From the NCBI GenBank assembly GCA_963777605.1, contig CAVZRV010000008.1, positions 288,001-352,000 on the forward strand: 64,000 nucleotides of DNA. Direction: 5' to 3'. This document shows positions 41,395 to 50,407 of this stretch, one piece after another. The notes below the pieces were generated by a model. The model was not told the DNA's origin. It ran no database searches and saw only the letters and a list, made by a program, of their open reading frames with translations. Position 1 is the first letter of the stretch; each line of letters opens with the position of its first letter. The position numbers and the translations under genes were made by a program. Origin of the DNA: an uncultured Acidobacteriota bacterium. GTDB taxonomy: Bacteria; Acidobacteriota; UBA6911; RPQK01; JAPXNP01.

Positions 41395-41764
41395 ATTTGG
41401 ATGAACTGGAAGAACTGGATGATTTGGACGCGTTTGGATGGGAATTCGGGCGATCGGTGGAGAGCCAGGGACGTGATTATCGGCTGGATCCTGGTTCCGG
41501 GTCCGGTGCCAGACGTGGATGAGTGATGATCACAGGATCGGCGCCGGACTGGCCCCTGAAGGGGGCCTGTTTCCAGCCCAGGCATTTGCCTGGGTTCACG
41601 GCCCACCCATCAAGAATCCAGCCCTGAAAGGGCGGCACAGCTCTCCGGACGTGAAGAATCGGCGCGACCTTACAGGCCGCAATCGAAATGCAGGACCACA
41701 AACCCAGGGAAAGCCCTGGGCTGGAACCAGGGCGCCTTCCAGCGCCATGAAGCCCGGCGTCGCC
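41395..41764. repeat. Cassette type A (REP/BIME-like palindrome cluster); further copies 41823-42181, 43400-43754, 47849-48205; noisy copy 47449-47791
   Basis: Near-identical units of about 360 bp with hairpins GGCCCCTGAAGGGGGCC, AGCCCAGGCATTTGCCTGGGTT, GCCCTGAAAGGGC and CCCAGGG.AAGCCCTGGG. Confidence 0.85.
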
Positions 41765-42749
41765 AGTTTCACTCTTTGAATGGTCCGGCGGCGGCCGGGG
41801 GCGGGGCTGACTTGAAACTTCATTCGAGATGAGTTGGAAGAACCTGGACGAATTGGATGCGTCTGGACGGGGATTCGGGCGATCGGTGGAGAGCCAGGGA
41901 CGTGATTATCGGCTGGATCCTGGTTCCGGGTCCGGTGCCAGACGTGGATGAGTGATGATCACGGGATCGGCGCCGGACTGGCCCCTGAAGGGGGCCTGTT
42001 TCCAGCCCAGGCATTTGCCTGGGTTTACGGTCCACCCATCAAGAATCCAGCCCTGAAAGGGCGGCACAGCTCTCCGGACGTGAAGAATCGGCGCGACCTT
42101 ACAGGCCGCGATCGCCTTGCCGGGACCACAGACCCAGGGCAAGCCCTGGGCTGAAACCAAGGCGCCTCCAGCGCCAGGTCCAGTTTCACTGATTGAATGG
42201 TCCGGCGCCGCCGGGGGCGGGGCTGACTTGAAACTTCAATCGAGATGAGTTCCTGGTTCCTGGTTTCTCGTTTCTGGAGGGAAAGTAATCCAGGCATCCC
42301 TGCCTGATATGGCGGCCGGGCAAGCTTGCCCGGCGGAAGTCAACCTTCTCAATCCCAGGTTTATTGATTTCCGGGTTCTTCTGAAATCAGTCCGCCACCG
42401 GGACTGAATCGCACTTTCAGTGCTGCATTGCCGTCTTGGCTCCGATTCCCGGGGCGTTGCCGCCGGGCTGGAAATGACCCTGCGCCGTTGGCGCGCTCAT
42501 CTGGCGATGCTTCACCCGTTTCACTGATTGAATGGTCCGGCGCCGCCGGGGGCGGGGCTGACCTGAAACTTCAATCTCGGCAATTCCGCTAACTCTTGTA
42601 TTCTGTGAGAGATGCTGCTGCCGCTGAGAACAGCGAGTGGCGAGAAAAAAGTCGTCTATCGAGCCGTTTGAGCGTGATGGGGACACCACGCCCAATCTCC
42701 GCGAATCCGCATGAGCAGGCTTTTCAAAAGGGGCATGAACGGTGGCCCG

Positions 42750-42903
42750 GGGTGGCTGTCTGAATGGTCTATTCTGACCTTGAGGAGTGCTCCAAGAGCC
42801 TCACTAATGAATGATCGCACAGCCCGGGACCAAGCTGACTTTGGGGCAAAAATGCGCCAGTGCCTCGAGGGTCTTAACTGCCACTGCTCATGCCGCGCAG
42901 TGG
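42750..42903 (-). ncRNA. Candidate stand-alone bridge-RNA-like RNA (cassette type B); copies at about 43160-43310 and 43969-44060 (partial)
   Basis: Colinear homology with the IS110 upstream non-coding region 45563-45710; own promoter; no convincing ORF. Confidence 0.6.
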
Positions 42904-42932
42904 ATTTTAATCGATTGATGCGGCCGCGGCAA
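42904..42932 (-). promoter_or_regulatory. sigma70 promoter TTGCCG-17-TAAAAT for the type-B RNA
   Basis: Plus-strand CGGCAA 42927-42932 and ATTTTA 42904-42909; repeated at 44061-44088 with a 16-nt spacer. Confidence 0.65.
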
Positions 42933-43790
42933 GTTTCACTCTTTGAATGGTCCGGCGGCGCACGACTGACCTGAAACTTCAATCTTGGGCAATTCCGCTA
43001 ACTCTTGTATTCTGTAGAGATGCCTGCCGCTGAGAACAGCGAGTGGTGAGAAAAAGTCATTCTATATCAAGAGCCGTTTGACGTGATGGGGACACCACGC
43101 CCAATACTCCGCAAATGCCATGAGCAGGCTTTTCAAAAGGGGCATGAACGGTGGCCCGGGGTGGCTGTCTGAATGGTCTATTCTGACCCTTTGAGAGATC
43201 TGAGCTAATGGAATTTGATCGCACAGCCCGGGACCAAGCTGACTTTGGGGCGAAAAAATGCACAGTGCCTCAGAGGGTCTTGACTGCCACTGCTGATGCC
43301 GCGCGGTGGAGGCTTAATGGATTAGATGGGGCCGGGCCAAGTTTCACACACCTGAAATGGTCCGGAGCGCCCGGGGAGCGGGGCTGACTTGAAACTTCAA
43401 TCGAGATGAGTTGAAGAGTCTGGATGATTTGGACGCGTCTGGACGGGAATTCGGGCGATCGGTGGAGAGCCAGGGACGCGATTATCGGCTGGATCCTGGT
43501 TCCTGGTCCGGTGCCAGACGTGGATGAGTGAAGATCACAGGATCGGCGCCGGGCTGGCCCCTGAAGGGGGCCTGTTTCCAGCCCAGGCATTTGCCTGGGT
43601 TTACGGTTCCCCCATCAAGAATCCAGCCCTGAAAGGGCGGCACAGCTCTCCGGACGTGAAGAATCGGCGCGACCTTACAGGCCGCGATCGAGTTGCGGGA
43701 CCACAGACCCAGGGCAAGCCCTGGGCTGAAACCAAGGCGCCCAGCGCCAGGTCCGTTTCACTCTCTGAAGGATCCGCGGAGGGCGCGGGG

Positions 43791-43968
<178 letters not shown>

Positions 43969-44141
43969 ATGATCGACAGCTCGGGACCAAGCTGACTTTG
44001 GGGCAAAAACGCGCCAGTGCCTCGAGGGTCTTAACTGCCACTGCTCATGCCGCGCAGTGGATTTTAGTCGATTGATGCGGCGCGGCAAGTTTCACTCTCT
44101 GAATGATCCGGCGCCGCCGGGGGCCGGGCTGACTTGAAACT

Positions 44142-45518
44142 TCATCCTTGGACCTCCACCGGAACCAGTTTGTAGCCCATGGTTTGGGCCGTGCTGGTGA
44201 GGGACTGGAACCGTTTGAGCCGGTAGCGTGCTTCGTAGGCTTCGGCGCCTTCGTCGACATAGTCCTGACCGAAGCGGAGCATGCGGTAGATGTACTGAGC
44301 CAGTTTGCGGGCGGTGGCGAAGACGGCGGTGCCCCCTCCTTTGCGTCGGGCGATGTGGCGGAAGTAGGCTCCCATCGCCGACTGCGAATGTTTCAGGGAC
44401 AGCGCGGCCATCCTCAGGACATTGGCCACGCGGGTGGAGCCGGTGCCCTGGCGCCGTTTGCGCAGGGGTTTGCCGGCGGAGTAGGCGGTCTTTGGACTCA
44501 GTCGCAGCCAGGACACGAAGTGCTTTTCGACCGGAAACGCCGACAGATCCAGGCCGATCTCGCTGAGGATGAGTTGGGCCGCCGGCGCAGCGATGCCGTC
44601 GATCCGGGTCAGGTCCACGCCGGTCACCCGCCACAGCATCGTGCGTCGCTGCTGCTCTCCCCGTTTGTTCAGCGCCCGCTCCTTGGTGGGCTGGGGATGG
44701 GGCCCCGGCTCCTGATCGGCTCGGTCGCTCGCCTCGAGTCGGTGGAGCACGCGTCCGATCTCCTCGTCATAGTCGGCCAGTTGACCCTGCACGAAGTCAT
44801 ACCACTCCAACGCTTTGCCCAGGTTGAACAGGTGTTCCTCCCGCCACGTCCCCGTCAGATGCTCCGCTATTTTGGCTTCCGACTTCCGACAGCGCCGGTC
44901 CCGCAAAGCCGCCAGTCGAAACGGATCCCGTTCGCCGCCGACCATCGCCCGCACGATCGCCATTCCGGTCTGTCCCGTCAGATCCGTCACCGCCCGGTGC
45001 ACCTGCACGTTCATCTGGTCGAGCGCCTTCTGCATCATCTGCACCGCCTGCCCCGCCAGCCTCACCAGTCCGGCCCGCTCCCGCTCGAGCGCCCGCAACT
45101 GACAGATCGCTTCGGCGGGTCGGAACGATCCCCGCAGCAAACCACAACTGTGCAGCAACTGGATCCACTGGCAATCCTTGATGTCGGTCTTGCGGCCCGG
45201 GACGTACTTCAACTGCCGCGCATTGACCAGCACCACTTCGAATCCCCGCGACACCAACAGCTCGTACAGCGGGATCCAGTACACCCCGGTCGCTTCCATC
45301 GCCACCGATTCGATCCTGTCGGCCTCGAGTCGGTCCAATACCAACTCCAACTCCGGTGTCGTCGTCCCAAAACAAAGGACCTTCAACTGGCCCGTCTCCC
45401 GATCGGGCCAACACCCGGCGCTTTCGCACGAACCCAGATCGATTCCCGCCACCCGCTCCCGGATCACTCGCAAATCCTGTTGACGCTTCCGACTTCTCGA
45501 CTTCCGCTTCGATCTCAT
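44142..45518 (-). CDS. IS110-family DEDD recombinase/transposase, copy 1 (458 aa)
   Basis: GIDLG / AMEATG / KTDIKD (D-E-D-D), C-terminal SAGK serine motif, ATARKLA; AGGAGG RBS; stop codon lies inside the array repeat. Confidence 0.95.
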   Translation of the reverse strand: MRSKRKSRSRKRQQDLRVIRERVAGIDLGSCESAGCWPDRETGQLKVLCFGTTTPELELVLDRLEADRIESVAMEATGVYWIPLYELLVSRGFEVVLVNARQLKYVPGRKTDIKDCQWIQLLHSCGLLRGSFRPAEAICQLRALERERAGLVRLAGQAVQMMQKALDQMNVQVHRAVTDLTGQTGMAIVRAMVGGERDPFRLAALRDRRCRKSEAKIAEHLTGTWREEHLFNLGKALEWYDFVQGQLADYDEEIGRVLHRLEASDRADQEPGPHPQPTKERALNKRGEQQRRTMLWRVTGVDLTRIDGIAAPAAQLILSEIGLDLSAFPVEKHFVSWLRLSPKTAYSAGKPLRKRRQGTGSTRVANVLRMAALSLKHSQSAMGAYFRHIARRKGGGTAVFATARKLAQYIYRMLRFGQDYVDEGAEAYEARYRLKRFQSLTSTAQTMGYKLVPVEVQG

Positions 45519-45559
45519 GCTAGCTTTGTCCTCCTGGTGAATCGGCACAGGCTCGGGCT

Positions 45560-45710
45560 CGAGGTGGCGTGAATTTGGATTCTGACTTCGGGGAGTGCCC
45601 TGAGCGGCCTCGCCAATGAATGATCGCCTCACTCGAAACCAGGCTGACTTTGGGGCAACATGCTCCAGTGCACAACGGGTCTGAACTGCCCGGGCCTGTG
45701 CCGAACGCAA
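45560..45710 (-). ncRNA. Candidate IS110 bridge RNA (upstream non-coding region); duplicate at about 47212-47362
   Basis: 220-nt non-coding region upstream of the recombinase, where IS110-group elements such as IS621 encode their bridge RNA; TATGCT -10 at 45710-45715; several hairpins; boundaries approximate. Confidence 0.65.
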
Positions 45711-45793
45711 GCATAGCCGACTCTCGCAGGCTTGGCTCAGTTTCACTCTCTGAATGGTCCGGCGGCGGCCGGGGGCGGGGCTGACTTGAAACT

Positions 45794-47170
45794 TCATCCT
45801 TGGACCTCCACCGGAACCAGTTTGTAGCCCATGGTTTGGGCCGTGCTGGTGAGGGACTGGAACCGTTTGAGCCGGTAGCGTGCTTCGTAGGCTTCGGCGC
45901 CTTCGTCGACATAGTCCTGACCGAAGCGGAGCATGCGGTAGATGTACTGAGCCAGTTTGCGGGCGGTGGCGAAGACGGCGGTGCCCCCTCCTTTGCGTCG
46001 GGCGATGTGGCGGAAGTAGGCTCCCATCGCCGACTGCGAATGTTTCAGGGACAGCGCGGCCATCCTCAGGACATTGGCCACGCGGGTGGAGCCGGTGCCC
46101 TGGCGCCGTTTGCGCAGGGGTTTGCCGGCGGAGTAGGCGGTCTTTGGACTCAGTCGCAGCCAGGACACGAAGTGCTTTTCGACCGGAAACGCCGACAGAT
46201 CCAGGCCGATCTCGCTGAGGATGAGTTGGGCCGCCGGCGCAGCGATGCCGTCGATCCGGGTCAGGTCCACGCCGGTCACCCGCCACAGCATCGTGCGTCG
46301 CTGCTGCTCTCCCCGTTTGTTCAGCGCCCGCTCCTTGGTGGGCTGGGGATGGGGCCCCGGCTCCTGATCGGCTCGGTCGCTCGCCTCGAGTCGGTGGAGC
46401 ACGCGTCCGATCTCCTCGTCATAGTCGGCCAGTTGACCCTGCACGAAGTCATACCACTCCAACGCTTTGCCCAGGTTGAACAGGTGTTCCTCCCGCCACG
46501 TCCCCGTCAGATGCTCCGCTATTTTGGCTTCCGACTTCCGACAGCGCCGGTCCCGCAAAGCCGCCAGTCGAAACGGATCCCGTTCGCCGCCGACCATCGC
46601 CCGCACGATCGCCATTCCGGTCTGTCCCGTCAGATCCGTCACCGCCCGGTGCACCTGCACGTTCATCTGGTCGAGCGCCTTCTGCATCATCTGCACCGCC
46701 TGCCCCGCCAGCCTCACCAGTCCGGCCCGCTCCCGCTCGAGCGCCCGCAACTGACAGATCGCTTCGGCGGGTCGGAACGATCCCCGCAGCAAACCACAAC
46801 TGTGCAGCAACTGGATCCACTGGCAATCCTTGATGTCGGTCTTGCGGCCCGGGACGTACTTCAACTGCCGCGCATTGACCAGCACCACTTCGAATCCCCG
46901 CGACACCAACAGCTCGTACAGCGGGATCCAGTACACCCCGGTCGCTTCCATCGCCACCGATTCGATCCTGTCGGCCTCGAGTCGGTCCAATACCAACTCC
47001 AACTCCGGTGTCGTCGTCCCAAAACAAAGGACCTTCAACTGGCCCGTCTCCCGATCGGGCCAACACCCGGCGCTTTCGCACGAACCCAGATCGATTCCCG
47101 CCACCCGCTCCCGGATCACTCGCAAACCCTGTTGACGCTTCCGACTTCTCGACTTCCGCTTCGATCTCAT
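45794..47170 (-). CDS. IS110-family DEDD recombinase/transposase, copy 2 (458 aa)
   Basis: Tandem duplicate at 1652-bp period; only protein difference seen is QQDLR versus QQGLR near the N-terminus. Confidence 0.93.
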   Translation of the reverse strand: MRSKRKSRSRKRQQGLRVIRERVAGIDLGSCESAGCWPDRETGQLKVLCFGTTTPELELVLDRLEADRIESVAMEATGVYWIPLYELLVSRGFEVVLVNARQLKYVPGRKTDIKDCQWIQLLHSCGLLRGSFRPAEAICQLRALERERAGLVRLAGQAVQMMQKALDQMNVQVHRAVTDLTGQTGMAIVRAMVGGERDPFRLAALRDRRCRKSEAKIAEHLTGTWREEHLFNLGKALEWYDFVQGQLADYDEEIGRVLHRLEASDRADQEPGPHPQPTKERALNKRGEQQRRTMLWRVTGVDLTRIDGIAAPAAQLILSEIGLDLSAFPVEKHFVSWLRLSPKTAYSAGKPLRKRRQGTGSTRVANVLRMAALSLKHSQSAMGAYFRHIARRKGGGTAVFATARKLAQYIYRMLRFGQDYVDEGAEAYEARYRLKRFQSLTSTAQTMGYKLVPVEVQG

Positions 47171-48562
47171 GCTAGCTTTGTCCTCCTGGTGAATCGGCAC
47201 AGGCTCGGGCTCGAGGTGGCGTGAATTTGGATTCTGACTTCGGGGAGTGCCCTGAGCGGCCTCGCCAATGAATGATCGCCTCACTCGAAACCAGGCTGAC
47301 TTTGGGGCAACATGCTCCAGTGCACAACGGGTCTGAACTGCCCGGGCCTGTGCCGAACGCAAGCATAGCCGACTCTCGCAGGCTTGGCTCAGTTTCACTC
47401 TCTGAATGGTCCGGCGGCGGCCGGGGGCGGGGCTGACTTGAAACTTCAATCGAGATGAATTGAAGACCTAACACTTGTATTCTCGTTTCTGGAGAGATTA
47501 TTATTGAGGCATCTGGGCCAGGACGTGATTATTTCGGCTGGATCTGGTTGGTAAGGTGACTGGATGAGTGATATTTTAACAGATCGGCCAAAAGGGCCCC
47601 TAAAGGGGGCCTGTTCTTCAGGATTTACTGGGTTCTTTTTTTATCGGCTTCCACTCATCAAGAATCAGCGCTGAAAGTGCTGAACAATGCCATCTCGGAC
47701 GAATGAGAATCAGAGGGAGACTTAGCCGCACAGCCGAGAAAAAAGACTCAGTGAAGCCCTTTGATAGCGCTGAACTGGGGAAGTTTCACCAAGTTTCACT
47801 CTTTGAATGATCCGGCGCCGCCAGAATTAAGACTGACTTGAAACTTCAAAATGGATGACTGGAAGAACCTGGATGATTTGGACGCGTTTGGATGGGAATT
47901 CGGGCGATCGGTGGAGAGCCAGGGACGTGATTATCGGCTGGATCCTGGTTCCGGGTCCGGTGCCAGACGTGGATGAGTGATGATCACAGGATCGGCGCCG
48001 GACTGGCCCCTGAAGGGGGCCTGTTTCCAGCCCAGGCATTTGCCTGGGTTCACGGCCCACCCATCAAGAATCCAGCCCTGAAAGGGCGGCACAGCTCTCC
48101 GGACGTGAAGAATCGGCGCGACCTTACAGGCCGCGATCGCCTTGCCGGGACCACAGACCCAAGGCAAGCCCTGGGCTGAAACCAAGGCGCCTCAGCGCCA
48201 GGTCGAGTTTCACTCTCTGAATGGTCCGGCGGCGCCGGGGGCGCGGCTGACTTGAAACTTCAATTTGGATGAACTGGAAATCCTGGATGATTTGGACGCG
48301 TCTGGATGGAGATTCGGGCGATCGGTGGAACTCAGAAGCCTGGTTCTCGGCTGGATCCTGGATACCCCGATTTCAGAACGCGAGTGTCAGCGAGCGCGGC
48401 TCCGGGCGATGGTGAGTCAGCGGAAGTGCTGCCGGAGGCCGGAACCGCGGGATGGAGTCAAGATCCGAGGTGGGCGATGGATGAAGGCCTGGATACGCGC
48501 GCGCTGACTTGCGTACTGAATGCGTGAAAACCGCGATCCCGGGCCGGAGTTGGCAAGCTTCA

Positions 48563-49074
48563 CTATTCGAATGATCCCCGCAGCGCGGAATCACTGGAAC
48601 CCGCCTGAAACTCGGGATCGATCGTCGCGAAATGGAGCAGGTCAAAGAATCCCAGGCGAAGCTGCTTCAACGCAAAGCTCAAGGCGATCAGCGGAAGGGT
48701 CGCGGATACCAGCAAAGTAATCCAGAATGCGGTTGGAATCTGGATTGTGCCCTGGATCGAATCGAGGATCACTAGACTGGCACCAAGTGTCAGGACCCAA
48801 TATGCCCATAAGAGAAGGCGCTTCCAGTGGCTCGAGGCCGCAGGAGTCGTGTCACGTGCCAAGGCGGCCTCAAGTTCCTGGTCAAACTGGGGAGAGAGGT
48901 GGGGAACGGGAAGCGCTGCCAAGCTTGGGCCAGTTCCTGGTGACCGAAAAGAGTATCCCGGCACTGATCGCAGATCTCGAGATGGGACTCCCATTGCCTG
49001 CGCTCTTCGCCCGATTTGAATGCTCCTTCGAAGAACCGCTCAATCTGGCCCAGGCTGGGGCAGTACTTATCCAT
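48563..49074 (-). CDS. zf-HC2 anti-sigma factor with C-terminal membrane helices, frameshifted near 48920
   Basis: HLEICDQC (HxxxCxxC) in 48790..49074; PQFDQEL and hydrophobic helices in 48563..48994. Confidence 0.7.
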
Positions 49075-49075
49075 T

Positions 49076-49645
49076 TCAGACCTTGCCTCTCAGTGAACGT
49101 CCCAGCAACTTTCTTGCCCGGAACAGGTGAGACTTCACCGTCGAGGATTTGAGATCGAGATACTGCGCAATCTCCGCCACCGACTGGTCAAGCCAGTAGT
49201 GCAGGAAGACGACCGACCGAGCGGGTTCGGGAAGTCTCTCCACGCACTTCAGAATTCGCTCGTCGCGTTCGTGGTCGCTCGCCTTCCGCAGGGGACTTCG
49301 CCGGGGGGATGCCTGCGAGCGAAGCGTGCTTTCGCCCGAGTGGTGGAATTTAAGGCGGGGTTTCCGGCGCCAGTCGATCGAACGATTAAATGCAATCCGG
49401 TAAAGCCACGTGCTGAAACGGCTGTCAAAGCGAAACTGCTTCAGGTCCCGGTGGACCGTCAGAAACACCTCCTGCACGACTTCTTCGGCTTCTTCCGTGA
49501 ACGAGGGCCCGAGAACCGAGAGAACCAGTCGAAACACTTTCTCCTTGTAGCGACGAACGAGAATCGCAAAGAAGTGATCCTTCCCCGTCTTCAAATAGTG
49601 CCCGACCAGTTCCTCGTCTTTCCAGAGATCGGAGTTGTCGCTCAC
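49076..49645 (-). CDS. ECF RNA polymerase sigma factor
   Basis: DEELV, AEEVVQEVFL, FSTWLYRIAFN and EIA..L.....TVKSHLFRAR motifs; start approximate. Confidence 0.9.
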   Translation of the reverse strand: MSDNSDLWKDEELVGHYLKTGKDHFFAILVRRYKEKVFRLVLSVLGPSFTEEAEEVVQEVFLTVHRDLKQFRFDSRFSTWLYRIAFNRSIDWRRKPRLKFHHSGESTLRSQASPRRSPLRKASDHERDERILKCVERLPEPARSVVFLHYWLDQSVAEIAQYLDLKSSTVKSHLFRARKLLGRSLRGKV

Positions 49646-49713
49646 CGCAGTTGGGGGAACGGTGTCCTTCAGCGGAACACAAAAGAAGTCGAGAGAGTAA
49701 GTCGCAGACAACA

Positions 49714-50145
49714 CTATTTTGATTTTAGGTCTTCCTTGAAACCCTTGCTCAAGAGGAAGAACAGAAGAAGGCCGAAGCCACAGAGTATTGGGATCAATCC
49801 GACCGTCCAGACGGGCTGAAGATCTAAGTTCCCGGAGAAGTGAAAGGCGATGCAAATGCCGATTCCAGCCGGAATCAGGAACAGTCCGAACCCCAGAGCG
49901 ATGAGCCGAACCCAAACGAGGACTTTCTCCTGCAGCGAACCATCCGACATCACCGTGTGTTCCGGGAGTTGGAGATTATCGATCGGCAGTCCTTTTTCCA
50001 TGGCCATAATCCTTTCCTTGTGAATCATTTCCCGCTGTTTGACCAGCGTCTGATCGAGCAGAAAGCGTTTTAGCATTCCGTAGCCGACAAATCCGAAGAC
50101 GACCAGCAAGAGAAACAACAGCACTTCCATCGTCCCTACCTCCAT
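49714..50145 (-). CDS. Membrane protein of the ECF operon (DUF6249-like)
   Basis: Three hydrophobic segments; HKERIMAMEKG motif; GLIP..G.GLL. Confidence 0.7.
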   Translation of the reverse strand: MEVGTMEVLLFLLLVVFGFVGYGMLKRFLLDQTLVKQREMIHKERIMAMEKGLPIDNLQLPEHTVMSDGSLQEKVLVWVRLIALGFGLFLIPAGIGICIAFHFSGNLDLQPVWTVGLIPILCGFGLLLFFLLSKGFKEDLKSK

Positions 50146-50165
50146 TTCTTACGAGACACCCTTTG

Positions 50166-50191
50166 GACGGAAGCGGCGGAGTTCCGGTTGC
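50166..50191 (-). promoter_or_regulatory. ECF-type promoter GCAAC-N17-CGTC
   Basis: Minus strand GCAACCGGAACTCCGCCGCTTCCGTC directly upstream of the sigma operon. Confidence 0.55.
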
Positions 50192-50407
50192 AGATTTCTT
50201 GAGAACCCGGGCAGGACAGTCTCCGATGTCGAAAGTGATGAAGGCTAAGACTGGCGCGAGCATGCCGTTGCTATTGCTTCGGGTCGGGACTTCTTCTCTC
50301 CTTTCAGGATGCGTTCACCAAGCCTGAAGTCGGAGTAAACAACTCGAGCTTCAGTCTCGAGTTCCCCACGAATCGATTGACCCGGCAAGTTGGGCTCTCT
50401 ATAACTG

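Noticed and set aside
44142-47449. 714-aa and 551-aa extended IS110 ORFs
   Set aside because: The extensions are read-through of the repeat, the non-coding region and an alternate frame of the neighbouring copy; the AGGAGG RBS supports starts at 45518 and 47170.
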